Positions 10,151-20,373 of a stretch of DNA of 64,000 nucleotides are shown piece after piece; position 1 is the first letter of the stretch, and the number at the start of each line of letters is the position of its first letter. Below the pieces are notes generated by a model. That model was not told the origin of the DNA. It ran no database searches and was given only the letters and a program-made list of their open reading frames with translations. Source of the stretch: Bacteroidales bacterium (GTDB lineage Bacteria; Bacteroidota; Bacteroidia; Bacteroidales; UBA7960); NCBI GenBank assembly GCA_003560165.1, contig PWJC01000139.1, positions 376-64,375 on the forward strand. Reading direction: 5' to 3'. The translations under genes were made by a program, and so were the position numbers.

Positions 10151-11005
10151 ATGAACATTTTAGTTACCGGAAGTGAGGGGCAGCTGGGTCGGGAGATCAG
10201 GGAACTGGCCCCGCATTATGCAACCCACCGCTTTTATTTTGCCGGCAAAGCCAGCCTGGACATCACCCTGGCCGATGCTGTCCGGAGCTATCTGAAAAGC
10301 CGGCAGATCGACTGCATCATCAATTGTGCTGCCTATACCGCTGTGGACAAAGCCGAGACCGATGTGGCCGGGGCCAATCTGGTCAATGCCAGGGGGGCCG
10401 GCATCCTCGCCAGCGAGTCGGCAAGGCAGGGGGCATTGATGGTCCAGCTGTCTACAGATTATGTGTTCGACGGAAAACTCCACCGTCCCTATACCGAAAG
10501 CGATCCGGCCAATCCCCGCTCGGTATATGGCAAAAGCAAGCTGGAAGGAGAAGTCGAGGTGATTTTCAATGCCAGGCGCTCGGTGATCTTTCGCACTTCC
10601 TGGCTGTATTCTTCCCTTGGCCATAACTTTGTGAACTCGGTACTGTCTGCAGCTGCTCATGAAAAGGAACTCCGGGTGGTGTGCGATCAGGCAGGCACTC
10701 CCACCTATGCCGCCGACCTGGCAAGGGCTATCCTGGATGTGATCCCGAAATTGCCGTCACGCATCCGGGGAGAAATCTATAATTACAGCAACGAAGGCCT
10801 GGCCAGCTGGTACGATTTTGCAAAAGCCATCCTGGAAATCAAGGGCCTGAATGCAGCGGTGCATCCCATCCACACCAAAGAGTTGAAACAGGCCGCCGAA
10901 AGGCCGCATTACAGCGTACTAAGCAAAACCCGGATCAAAAAGGAATTCGACCTGCAGATACCCTATTGGCGCGACAGCCTGAAAGCATGCCTGGAAAAAA
11001 TGTAG
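10151..11005 (+). CDS. rfbD: dTDP-4-dehydrorhamnose reductase
   Basis: MNILVTGSEGQLG Rossmann start, a YGKSKLEGE catalytic region, and typical RmlD length from ATG 10151. Ends in TAG. Confidence 0.9.
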   Translation: MNILVTGSEGQLGREIRELAPHYATHRFYFAGKASLDITLADAVRSYLKSRQIDCIINCAAYTAVDKAETDVAGANLVNARGAGILASESARQGALMVQLSTDYVFDGKLHRPYTESDPANPRSVYGKSKLEGEVEVIFNARRSVIFRTSWLYSSLGHNFVNSVLSAAAHEKELRVVCDQAGTPTYAADLARAILDVIPKLPSRIRGEIYNYSNEGLASWYDFAKAILEIKGLNAAVHPIHTKELKQAAERPHYSVLSKTRIKKEFDLQIPYWRDSLKACLEKM

Positions 11006-11046
11006 GGATGTCTTTGGCGGGCGCCCGCCCCGGTGCTGACCGTGAC

Positions 11047-11730
11047 TTATGCTTCCGTTTTCTTCCTCCATAGTTGCCACCAGGGGATACGGGGGTTGTT
11101 GTGGTGCTCGCGGTGGTATCCGAAAAAGTAACAGCTGAGCATGGCCCAAAAGTGGTTCCTGTGCTGGGTACGTGCCCGGTGAGGCCCCATCTCCCTGCTG
11201 TGGGGCAGGCGATGAGGCCAGTAAACCCCGACCCAGAAAAGTTGCAGGGTTCCCAGTATGGCCGGCAAGGCCCAGAAAATCAGTGCGGAGCTTTCTGTGA
11301 CCCCGGGGATGCGGATGAGCAGATTAAAGAATGCTGCCATAAATACCAGCTGGATAAGGGTCAGGTACCTTTTCATGAAAACGGCCCACCAGACCAGGAA
11401 ATTCTGTGAACCCGCATAGAAGTCGGGATCCTTGTCGGTGGCCGGATATTTGTGGTGGCGGCCATGGTGTTTGCGCAAACTGGGATAAAACATCCCGGCA
11501 AACAGGATGCCGGAAACATATCCGAACAGTGTATTTACCCCCGGAGACCGTGAGATGTTGCCATGCATGGCGTCGTGCCCCGTGATGAAGAGCCCGGTAT
11601 ACAGATAGGCCTGCAGCAGGATATGCAGGTACATCCAGGGGTTGGCGGGCGATACGTCAACAGCCAGCAAGGCATAGGCAAGGTGCGCTGCCCAGATGAG
11701 CACAATGATGGTGGCGATCAGGACTCCCAT
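11047..11730 (-). CDS. crtW: Beta-carotene ketolase (CrtW-type fatty acid desaturase family)
   Basis: Contains the three His boxes of CrtW: LYTGLFITGHDAMHG, HHGRHHKYPATDKDPDF and GYHREHHNNPRIPWWQLW. The LQLFWVGVYWPHR segment also closely resembles Paracoccus-type CrtW. Confidence 0.85.
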   Translation of the reverse strand: MGVLIATIIVLIWAAHLAYALLAVDVSPANPWMYLHILLQAYLYTGLFITGHDAMHGNISRSPGVNTLFGYVSGILFAGMFYPSLRKHHGRHHKYPATDKDPDFYAGSQNFLVWWAVFMKRYLTLIQLVFMAAFFNLLIRIPGVTESSALIFWALPAILGTLQLFWVGVYWPHRLPHSREMGPHRARTQHRNHFWAMLSCYFFGYHREHHNNPRIPWWQLWRKKTEA

Positions 11731-11823
11731 TGGAAAGCGACGATATTTTACCGGCTAATATAGGAATTATACCAATACAGGGGCCGGCTGAAACAAAACC
11801 GCCTGTCCGGCTGTTTAGAGATC

Positions 11824-12531
11824 ATGGAAAAATGGACCTATGCCTTGTTGCTGCTTGGCAGTATCGCCATCCCCCTGGCAAGGAGCTTTGAGAACAGGGT
11901 GCACTTTGTCGGGAATTGGGGCCCGCTGTTTGCCGGCATCCTTGTTATGATGGGAGTTTTTATCCCATGGGATATATGGTTTACCCTCCGGGGGGTCTGG
12001 TCTTTCAATCCCCTTTATGTAAGCGGGGTCTATCTTTCGGTGCTGCCACTCGAAGAATGGCTGTTTTTTGTGGTGATCTCCTACTGCATCGTTTTTACCT
12101 ACGAGGTGCTGAGGTATTTTTTTCCTCGTTTTGTTTTTCCGGCAAACTCTCTGTGGATGGCGGTGGTACTGGGTCTGGCCTTCGTTTTGATGGGGATGCT
12201 CAATGCCCAGCGTTTGTATACCCTGGTCGTGATGTCGCTGACCGGCATCCTCTTGCTGTTGCAGCCACTGATCGCTTCGCACAAAACCTGGCTCACGCAT
12301 TTTTTCCTGACCTGGGTGGTCATCCTCCTTCCCTTTTTTGTCATCAACGGCTTGCTTACCTCCCTGCCGGTTGTGGTTTACGACAATACGCAGAACCTCG
12401 GCATCAGGTTGTTCACCATTCCGGTGGAGGATGCCGTATACCTTATGGGGATGATGCTCCTGGTGTTCGTGGTGTATGAAGCACTGAAAAAGCGACGGGG
12501 TTTTTCACAAAAAACCGCCGCCGGCCACTGA
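11824..12531 (+). CDS. Lycopene cyclase domain protein (fused CrtYc/CrtYd heterodimeric type)
   Basis: 235-aa polytopic membrane protein with two internal repeats. Each repeat has the PxE(E/D) motif context (VLPLEEWLFFVV and TIPVEDAVYLMG). Confidence 0.8.
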   Translation: MEKWTYALLLLGSIAIPLARSFENRVHFVGNWGPLFAGILVMMGVFIPWDIWFTLRGVWSFNPLYVSGVYLSVLPLEEWLFFVVISYCIVFTYEVLRYFFPRFVFPANSLWMAVVLGLAFVLMGMLNAQRLYTLVVMSLTGILLLLQPLIASHKTWLTHFFLTWVVILLPFFVINGLLTSLPVVVYDNTQNLGIRLFTIPVEDAVYLMGMMLLVFVVYEALKKRRGFSQKTAAGH

Positions 12532-12577
12532 GGCCAGGGCGGGGAATGGCTTGCCGGGAAAAACGGTGCGCGGGCTG

Positions 12578-13057
<480 letters not shown>

Positions 13058-14878
13058 TTAAGTGAGTTTTCTAAATGGGTTGTATTGCTTTCCTCCGCCG
13101 GTGAAACCGGCGTTCTTGTAAAATTCGACAAAGGTAAGACGCATGGGGTGCACAAAGGCTCCCAGTCCCGACATGAAGAGATTGATGCCGTGGCCGGCTA
13201 CCAGGATCACGATCATGATCAATATGCTCAGCACCGGAATATTCCCGCTCATTTCCACCGCCAGGCTGTTGAAGACAAAGCCCAGTATGGCGCTTGAAAT
13301 GCCCAGGGCAAACAGGCGGATGTACGACAGCAGGTCGCCCAGTATGCCCGTAACCATGTTGTAGGTGTTCCAGAGTCCGATACCGAAGTTCATGAGAATG
13401 TTCCGATTCATGTTGTTCAGCAACAATATCATGACGCCGCTGACAACAAGCAGGATGTGGAAGGCCGGGCTCATGGCTTCGGTGGGGATCCCGGCAAGGC
13501 TGCTGATGCCATAGAGTACTATGCCGCCGGTGATCAACAGTACCCAGCCCATGGTGCCAACGGCATGTTTCCATCCGAACTGCCGGATTTCGTTGGCGGC
13601 CTTGATGAACATCCCGAATATGATCTGTACAGCACCCAGGGCCAGGGAGAGGTAAAACAGCAGCATATTGATGTCGGTATCCTGATGGTCGAAACGGGCA
13701 GCCAGGTCGCGGTATACCGGCAGCCCGGTCTCAAACAGGGGAATGCCGAAAAACACCCCGGAGATGATGCCGAAGAAGAAGGTGGATACCCCCAGGTAGA
13801 AGATCAGCCCCATGATCTGTTTGATTTCCTTTTTTACGGTCTTCTTTTTCATGAACAGGGCGGCGATGGCCATCAGGATGCCATAGCCTGCGTCGCCCAG
13901 GCAAAAGCCAAAAAAGAGCATGTAGAAAGGAGCAAAGAAGGGGGTCAGGTCGAGTTCGTTGTATTTTGGCAGAGAATACAGATAGCCCAGCATTTCGAAT
14001 TTCCGGGCGAATTTTTTGTTTTTAAGCAAAATGGGTATTTCCTCTTCCTGTTCCGGTTGTTGGCTGACATACAAAATGTTGGCTGTTTCCAGGTAGGCGG
14101 TCAGCATTTCCTTTCTTTCATCGGGCACCCAGCCCTCGAGCAGCATCACTTTGTCGTCGGCCTGCTTTTCGGTGTTCTCAATGGCCTTTTGGTAATCGAG
14201 GCTTTCCTTGACCTCGTAACCATAATGCTTGATGGCTTCCAGGCTGTGTGCGGCATGATGGTCAATTTCAGCGTTCAGCTCGTCCAGGTCTTCCTTCAGC
14301 TTCTTTTTGTAATGAATGAGTTCGGACAGCGGCCTTTCGGGAGGCCGGACCTCTTCGGCATCAATGCCCGGCTCTTCATCCCCTTTTTGTATCAGCACGA
14401 AATGGGTTTGCCCGGCGTGCTCACTGATCACCTCGATGGGGTAAGTGTCGAACCATTGGTTGTTGAAGCGGCTGTTGGGGACGCTGTAAAAATGCACAAA
14501 GAGGTCTTCGGCTTTGAGCTTTTCGAGGGTGGCGGCCGAAAAATCGCCCCACGGCCTTACGTAGCTGATCTCTTTTTCAAGGATGGTCAGTTGCTGGAAC
14601 TTCTCTTCCACTTCGGCAAACAACCGGGTCACTGTTTTGTAGGCCACTTCCCCGTCTTGCTTTTCGGGTGTCCGGGTCTTGCCGGCTTCCCGCCTGACCA
14701 GCAACTTGACAAACGACTGGATCTGACGGATCAGTTCGTATTTCTCCTGTGCTTCGTCCGAAACGGCGTCCTGCTTTTCGATCAGGTGAACGACGCCTAT
14801 CTTGCGCACATTGTCGAGAAAATCCTCGTAGTCGCGGTGGAAAACCAGGAAAGAAAATTTTTGCATCGGAATGATCAT
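13058..14878 (-). CDS. ntpI: V-type ATP synthase subunit I
   Basis: 606 aa with a soluble N-terminal half and a polytopic C-terminal half. The conserved LSYIRLFALG arginine region is present. Operon context supports the call. Confidence 0.92.
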   Translation of the reverse strand: MIIPMQKFSFLVFHRDYEDFLDNVRKIGVVHLIEKQDAVSDEAQEKYELIRQIQSFVKLLVRREAGKTRTPEKQDGEVAYKTVTRLFAEVEEKFQQLTILEKEISYVRPWGDFSAATLEKLKAEDLFVHFYSVPNSRFNNQWFDTYPIEVISEHAGQTHFVLIQKGDEEPGIDAEEVRPPERPLSELIHYKKKLKEDLDELNAEIDHHAAHSLEAIKHYGYEVKESLDYQKAIENTEKQADDKVMLLEGWVPDERKEMLTAYLETANILYVSQQPEQEEEIPILLKNKKFARKFEMLGYLYSLPKYNELDLTPFFAPFYMLFFGFCLGDAGYGILMAIAALFMKKKTVKKEIKQIMGLIFYLGVSTFFFGIISGVFFGIPLFETGLPVYRDLAARFDHQDTDINMLLFYLSLALGAVQIIFGMFIKAANEIRQFGWKHAVGTMGWVLLITGGIVLYGISSLAGIPTEAMSPAFHILLVVSGVMILLLNNMNRNILMNFGIGLWNTYNMVTGILGDLLSYIRLFALGISSAILGFVFNSLAVEMSGNIPVLSILIMIVILVAGHGINLFMSGLGAFVHPMRLTFVEFYKNAGFTGGGKQYNPFRKLT

Positions 14879-15477
14879 ACGCCTTCCTCCATTTCCTGTA
14901 ACCTGTTCTTAACGATTTTTTGGGCTGCCTTGGAAAGGTTCTCCTCGTCTTCCAGATAACGTTTGATTTTCAGGATAGCCTCCTCAAACCCGGGTATCTG
15001 TACTTTTTCGTATAAATTCACCTTCTGTGTGGTCTTTTTCCGTGCATAGTCAAGCAATTGCATTTTCTGGTAAAACACCTCCCGCTCAATGGCCGTGGTG
15101 GCCAGTTGCCTGACGATCCCGATGCCATCGAGGAACCACGAGGGTTGGTTGAACATGCTGTAAGCCTTGATGCCAAAGCGTATGTCTTCGAGAACCGGGG
15201 TTTTAACCCCTGCAATTTTCTTGACCGACAATTCCACTTCGTCGATGCTCACCAGCTCATTGTCGAACTCATCCCAGAGCGCGATGGCATGCTGGTATGC
15301 CTGCAGCTGCTTTTCCAGTGTGCTGTCGAGTTTTTCGGCGGCCTCCCTGGCTTTCTTTACTTCGCTTCGAAGGGCTGCTTCCTTGTTTTTCAAGGTAGGC
15401 AGGGCCTTGATCCTTACCTGAAGCTGTTTCTTCAGCCGTTGAAGGTATGTCTGGTTGTATTGAAACTTGATGGCCAT
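14875..15477 (-). CDS. ntpD: V-type ATP synthase subunit D
   Basis: 200-aa coiled-coil protein. It overlaps subunit I by 4 nt (ATGA) and lies between the B and I genes. Confidence 0.9.
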   Translation of the reverse strand: MAIKFQYNQTYLQRLKKQLQVRIKALPTLKNKEAALRSEVKKAREAAEKLDSTLEKQLQAYQHAIALWDEFDNELVSIDEVELSVKKIAGVKTPVLEDIRFGIKAYSMFNQPSWFLDGIGIVRQLATTAIEREVFYQKMQLLDYARKKTTQKVNLYEKVQIPGFEEAILKIKRYLEDEENLSKAAQKIVKNRLQEMEEGV

Positions 15478-15509
15478 GGCTATGGTGTTGTGTCAGCAAC
15501 GCGCTTTTG

Positions 15510-16838
15510 TCAGCTGTTCGGTTTCCAGTACTTGTCAACAAATTCCTGCCTGATCCCTACCTCGGCCGGCTTGAAGTGTTTGTCGAACAATTCATAGGCT
15601 GTTTCCAGCATCTCCTCTGTGTCGATGTTCACGTCGATGGCCAGCAATTTCCGGGAGTAGCCCCTGGCAAACTCCAGTGTCCTTTCGTCGTAATCGGTGA
15701 GGTCAAAGCCGTTCTCCTGCTTTGTTTTGGCGTTGGCGGCATCGGCATAGAGCCTGACGGCCGCGTTCATCACCTGGGGGTGGTCTTCCCTGGTCTTTTT
15801 ACCGATCACCAGCTGTTTCAACCTCGAAAGACTGCGGAAGGGGTCGACGATCACCTTGCCCACCTCGCTGTCCTTGCGCAAAAACAGCTGCCCCTCAGTG
15901 ATGTAACCGGTGTTGTCGGGCACGGCGTGGGTAATATCCCCTCCCGAGAGCGTGGTGACGGCGATGATGGTGATCGATCCTCCGTCGGGCAGCTGCACGG
16001 CTTTTTCATACAGCCTGGCCAGGTCGGAATACAATGAACCGGGCATGCTGTCTTTGGATGGGATCTGGTCCATGCGGTTCGACACAATGCTCAGGGCGTC
16101 GGAGTACAACGTCATGTCGGTGAGGAGTACCAGCACTTTTTCGTTTTTTTCCACAGCAAAATATTCGGCTGCCGCCAGGGCCATATCGGGCACCAGCAAC
16201 CGCTCGACCGGAGGGTCTTCGGTGGTGTTGATAAAGCCGACAATGCGGTCGAGGGCACCGGCATCATCAAAAACGTTTTTGAAATAAAGGTAATCGTCGT
16301 TGGTAAGTCCCATTCCCGCCAGGATGATCTTGTCGGCTTTGGCACGCAGGGCCACCATGGCCATGACCTGGTTAAAGGGCTGATCCGGGTCGGCAAAGAA
16401 AGGGATCTTCTGCCCGGTGACCAGGGCATTGTTCAGGTCGATGCCGGCAATGCCGGTAGGGATGAACTCGGAGGGCTGTTTCCTCCTGACAGGATTCACG
16501 CTGGGGCCTCCGATCTCCTGCTGCCTGCCCATGATCTTCCCCCCTTCGATGGGTTCGCCGTAGGCGTTGAAAAAGCGCCCTGCCAGGTCGTCGCCAACGT
16601 TCAGTGTGGGTGCCTTGCCCGCAAAGATCACTTCGGCATGGGTGCCGATGCCCTCGGTACCCCCGAATATCTGCAGGGTGACCAGATCGCCCATGATCTT
16701 CACCACCTGTGCCAGGCGTCCGTCTACAATGGCCAGCTCCTCGTTGCCGATCCCCTTTGCGTAAAGAGATACGGTGGCCTTGGTCAATTGAAACAATCGG
16801 GTGTATACGCGTTGAAATGCTTGTGTGTCTTTTTCCAT
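15510..16838 (-). CDS. ntpB: V-type ATP synthase subunit B
   Basis: 442-aa non-catalytic A/B-family subunit (TGIAGIDLNNALVTGQKIPFF, SITIIAVTTLSGGDITH). Confidence 0.95.
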   Translation of the reverse strand: MEKDTQAFQRVYTRLFQLTKATVSLYAKGIGNEELAIVDGRLAQVVKIMGDLVTLQIFGGTEGIGTHAEVIFAGKAPTLNVGDDLAGRFFNAYGEPIEGGKIMGRQQEIGGPSVNPVRRKQPSEFIPTGIAGIDLNNALVTGQKIPFFADPDQPFNQVMAMVALRAKADKIILAGMGLTNDDYLYFKNVFDDAGALDRIVGFINTTEDPPVERLLVPDMALAAAEYFAVEKNEKVLVLLTDMTLYSDALSIVSNRMDQIPSKDSMPGSLYSDLARLYEKAVQLPDGGSITIIAVTTLSGGDITHAVPDNTGYITEGQLFLRKDSEVGKVIVDPFRSLSRLKQLVIGKKTREDHPQVMNAAVRLYADAANAKTKQENGFDLTDYDERTLEFARGYSRKLLAIDVNIDTEEMLETAYELFDKHFKPAEVGIRQEFVDKYWKPNS

Positions 16839-16883
16839 GGGTTCGCTGTCTTTATCTTTTCCTGTTTTTAGCTGTCCCGGGCC

Positions 16884-18671
16884 TCAGGCTCCTTCTGTGT
16901 CGACGGGAACGCTTTTTTCTACCCGCTTTTCTTTCAGTATGCCCTGGAGCTCCTTTTCGTGTTTCTTGAATTTTTCTGACTTGAAGTCTGAGTAGTTCAT
17001 TTGTTTCAGGGCGTTGATGACCTGCTTGAAATAGGGCCCCACCTCTTCGAAGGAGTCGAAACGGAATTCCATATTGGCTACTTCCAGTGTTTTTGTCAGC
17101 ATATAGTGCTGGCGCTCCAGGGAAGAGGATGCGTCGATCTTGTCGAAAGCATCCTGTTGCAGGATCACAAAGTCGATCAGCTCGGACCGCCAGTATTTGA
17201 CATGGTAGTCGAGGGGAACCCCATCGTCGCCAAGAATATTGATCTGCTCATAGGCTTCCTTGCCCCTGAGCAGGATGTCCTTGGCCTGGAAAACGCTTTC
17301 TGTCCAGTCGGCGGCAATGGTCTTGTTTAGGTATTCGGCAATTTCGGGATATTCCAGGTACTTGGAATAACTGTCGATGGGGTCGATGGCCGGGTACCTC
17401 TTGCTGTCGGCCCTGTCCTGCGAGAGGGCATAAAAGCACCTGGCCACTTTTTTGGTCGATTCGGTGACCGGCTCCTTGAGGTTCCCCCCGGCAGGGGATA
17501 CGGTGCCGATAAAAGTAATGGAGCCCGTTTCGCCATTGGGCAGGTAAACAAATCCGGCTCTGGCGTAAAAGTTCGCAATGATGGCCGAGAGGTCCATTGG
17601 GAAACCGTCGGGACCTGGCAGTTCTTCCATGCGGTTCGACATTTCGCGAAGGGCCTGTGCCCAGCGCGAGGTGGAGTCGGCCAGCAACAATACCTTCAGG
17701 CCCATGGCGCGGTAATATTCGGCAATGGTCATGGCCGTATATACCGACGCCTCCCTGGCCGCAACCGGCATATTGGATGTGTTTGCAATGATGGTGGTAC
17801 GCTCCATGAGCTTTCGCCCCGTGCGGGGGTCGTCGAGTTCGGGGAATTCGGTAAAGATCTCCACCACCTCGTTGGCGCGTTCGCCGCAGGCTGCGATAAC
17901 GACCAGGTCGGCTTCGGCGTTTTTCGAGAGGTTGTGCTGCAGCACCGTTTTTCCCGATCCGAAAGGTCCGGGGATAAAGCCGGTGCCTCCCTCGGCCATC
18001 GGATTGAGGGTGTCCATGACACGGATGCCGGTTTCCAGAATTTTAAAAGGACGGGGCTTGTTCTTGTAGGCCCTGATGGGAACCTTTACTGGCCACTTCT
18101 GAACCATGCTGACCTTGTGGTCCTGCCCGTCCTGGTCGGTAAGTACCGCAATGACGGTATCGGGGGTGAATTCTCCCGCTTCCTTGAGGCTTTTTACGGC
18201 ATAGTTTCCCGAAAAGGTAAAGGGAACCATGATCTTGTGCGGGATCCAGTTTTCTTTCACTTCGCCCAGCCAGGAGCCTGCTGTCACTTTGTCGTCTTTC
18301 TTGGCCAGGGGGGTGAATGCGAATTTTTTTTCCATGTCGAGGGCGCTGGTGTATTCCCCCCGCTTCAAAAAGACCCCTTCCATTTTGTTCAGGTCGTTTT
18401 GCAGCCCGTCAAAGTTTTTAGAGAGAATGCCGGGGCCAAGGGTGACCTCAAGCATATGGTCCATGAACTCTACCTCTGTGCCCACTTTCAGGCCACGGGT
18501 GCTTTCAAAAACCTGGATGTATGCTTTCTTGCCCATCACCTTGATGACCTCGGCCATCAACCGGGCATCGCCGTGCCTGATAAAGCAGATTTCGTTTTGT
18601 CCGACCTTCCCTTCTGTTTCAACAATGACAAGGTTGGCAATGATGCCGGTCACATTCCCTGTTGTATTCAT
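16884..18671 (-). CDS. ntpA: V-type ATP synthase subunit A (catalytic)
   Basis: 595 aa with Walker A GPFGSGKTV, Walker B LLLADSTSRWA and the non-homologous-region insertion typical of A subunits. Confidence 0.96.
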   Translation of the reverse strand: MNTTGNVTGIIANLVIVETEGKVGQNEICFIRHGDARLMAEVIKVMGKKAYIQVFESTRGLKVGTEVEFMDHMLEVTLGPGILSKNFDGLQNDLNKMEGVFLKRGEYTSALDMEKKFAFTPLAKKDDKVTAGSWLGEVKENWIPHKIMVPFTFSGNYAVKSLKEAGEFTPDTVIAVLTDQDGQDHKVSMVQKWPVKVPIRAYKNKPRPFKILETGIRVMDTLNPMAEGGTGFIPGPFGSGKTVLQHNLSKNAEADLVVIAACGERANEVVEIFTEFPELDDPRTGRKLMERTTIIANTSNMPVAAREASVYTAMTIAEYYRAMGLKVLLLADSTSRWAQALREMSNRMEELPGPDGFPMDLSAIIANFYARAGFVYLPNGETGSITFIGTVSPAGGNLKEPVTESTKKVARCFYALSQDRADSKRYPAIDPIDSYSKYLEYPEIAEYLNKTIAADWTESVFQAKDILLRGKEAYEQINILGDDGVPLDYHVKYWRSELIDFVILQQDAFDKIDASSSLERQHYMLTKTLEVANMEFRFDSFEEVGPYFKQVINALKQMNYSDFKSEKFKKHEKELQGILKEKRVEKSVPVDTEGA

Positions 18672-18677
18672 AAATCG

Positions 18678-19508
18678 CTATTTTTCGGTAAATGTTTTTG
18701 GTAATTGGTAACTTGCCTGGAGCTCCTTCATCAGTTTTTTGAACAACTCGTTGCTGTGGTCTTTGTCAATGCCCAGCCAGCGTTCGATCATCCCCAGCTT
18801 GATAACGAAAGCCAGTATTCTTTCGATGGTGAAATAATGAAAAAAGGTGGCTTCGTCCAGGTATTCCCATTTCAGTTCGTCAATGGCCTGCTCCCGTTCC
18901 CTGACGTCCTCTTTCTTTGAGATGGCCGTGAGTTCGTCCAGGTAGTCGAGGTCGCTGCCCAGCCCGAAATCCCTGGCCTGGCTTTTCCGGATGCTCTCCG
19001 ATACCTCGTTGGTGCCTATAATCTGGTTTTCATAGGGCACCTTGTGCCTGCGGGCATTCAGGGCGATGGCGATGTTCTTTACGTTGAGCTCGAAATGGAA
19101 CCACTCCCTGAGAAAATCGTTTTCCACGGTTTCCAGCATTTCATCATAGTACAGGGTGGCCAGTTCGTTTTCCGGGCTCATTTCGGGAAACAGGGGTTCC
19201 TTACTCTTGAAGGCTGTGATAAAACGCATCATATAATCTGGCAGGTCGGATGGCTCCTTGATGTTCTCTTCGAGCCGCTCCCGGCTGAAGTTGCCCCGGG
19301 GGTCCACCTCCCTGTCCTTTTTCTCCAGCAGTGTAAGCAGGTTCTCGTTGTCGAAGGGCAGGAACAACAGCCTGACCAACTCATAATCGGCCGGATGCAA
19401 TTCGTTGCGGAGTTCTTCGCGGAAAGAGAGCTGGTCAAACAACAGTTTATGTATGTCCAGTGTGATGTCCTGAAGGCCTGCGACCAGGTAATGATAATTG
19501 CGCTTCAC
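18678..19508 (-). CDS. DUF2764 family protein (occupies the subunit C/d slot of Bacteroidetes V-ATPase operons)
   Basis: 276-aa helical protein starting MKRNYHYLVAGLQDI. It sits between the E and A genes, as in other Bacteroidetes V-ATPase loci. Confidence 0.8.
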   Translation of the reverse strand: MKRNYHYLVAGLQDITLDIHKLLFDQLSFREELRNELHPADYELVRLLFLPFDNENLLTLLEKKDREVDPRGNFSRERLEENIKEPSDLPDYMMRFITAFKSKEPLFPEMSPENELATLYYDEMLETVENDFLREWFHFELNVKNIAIALNARRHKVPYENQIIGTNEVSESIRKSQARDFGLGSDLDYLDELTAISKKEDVREREQAIDELKWEYLDEATFFHYFTIERILAFVIKLGMIERWLGIDKDHSNELFKKLMKELQASYQLPKTFTEK

Positions 19509-19521
19509 GTTCCGGTGGTAT

Positions 19522-20202
19522 TTAGTTCTTCTTTACCTTGTCCTCTTTTTTCTCTTCTTTCTCTTCTTTTTCTTCTTTCTCTTCCCTGCCCGGTTCAAAC
19601 AGTATCTCGATCAGCCTTGGGCGCATATAGGATTTGAAGAACTGGTCGAAATCGCCGGCGGTGAAGGAAATGATGTAGCCACCGTCTTTCGGGCCTATTT
19701 TAAAACCACCCCGGATGCGTTCACTGAATTCGAGCTCCAGGCCCTTGTCAAGCAGTTTTTTGGCCTTGTTGGTAAAATAGGCCTCAAACTCTTTTTGCCT
19801 GCCGGCGGGCAGCAATACGGTGAGTTCCATATTTTCACCGCTTTTGGGGTTCCAGTTTTCCACAATGGTGCGTATGATGTCGCGGGTAAAGTCTTCGTCC
19901 CTGAAGGCTGCCCTGGCCTCGGGCTCAATGGTCTTGTTCTGTATCAACTCCACCACTTGTTGTTTGAGGTCGGAAATGGCCTGCCTGGCCGACAGCTGCA
20001 GCTCGCTCAATGCGTTCTTTTTCAGGTCGTCGGCTTCTTTCTGGGCTTTTTCGGTGGTTGCCCTGGCCTCTTTTTCGGCTTTGGCCACAATGTTTTCGGC
20101 CTTTTTGGCAGCTTCCGAAAGGATTTTGTCTGCTTCGCCCTGTGCCTTCTCTACGCCTTCCTGGTAGATTTTCTCGGTGAGTTCCTGGAGTTTCTTTTGC
20201 AT
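19522..20202 (-). CDS. ntpE: V-type ATP synthase subunit E with a Lys/Glu-rich C-terminal tail
   Basis: 226 aa. The N-terminal long charged helix (KIYQEGVEKAQGEADKILSEA..) is typical of subunit E. It is the first gene of the operon. The tail is EPGREEKEEKEEKEEKKEDKVKKN. Confidence 0.88.
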   Translation of the reverse strand: MQKKLQELTEKIYQEGVEKAQGEADKILSEAAKKAENIVAKAEKEARATTEKAQKEADDLKKNALSELQLSARQAISDLKQQVVELIQNKTIEPEARAAFRDEDFTRDIIRTIVENWNPKSGENMELTVLLPAGRQKEFEAYFTNKAKKLLDKGLELEFSERIRGGFKIGPKDGGYIISFTAGDFDQFFKSYMRPRLIEILFEPGREEKEEKEEKEEKKEDKVKKN

Positions 20203-20334
20203 TGCTTGTGGGATTTATACTTTTGTCTTCCAGTTTATTGGCTGGTCATTCAAAATTAAAAAAAAATTACCTCCGCTGTTGACGCAGCTGACAGAAAACC
20301 CTGTCATATAGTATGCGAAGAGACCAAACAGCCG

Positions 20335-20342
20335 CAAATGTA
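20335..20342 (-). promoter_or_regulatory. Candidate -7 box TACATTTG for the V-ATPase operon
   Basis: The minus strand reads TACATTTG inside the AT-rich 365-bp gap upstream of ntpE. A second candidate, TAATTTTG, is at 20362..20369. Confidence 0.3.
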
Positions 20343-20355
20343 ATATAAAAGTATT

Positions 20356-20373
20356 TTGTTACAAAATTAACAA
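20356..20373. promoter_or_regulatory. Inverted repeat TTGTTA-N6-TAACAA (candidate operator) overlapping a candidate -7 box
   Basis: A perfect 6-bp inverted repeat with a 6-nt spacer, read directly from the V-ATPase upstream region. Confidence 0.3.

Noticed and set aside
13457-14959. 500-aa ORF on the plus strand
   Set aside because: It is antisense to V-ATPase subunits I and D, which have clear family features. This is a shadow ORF.
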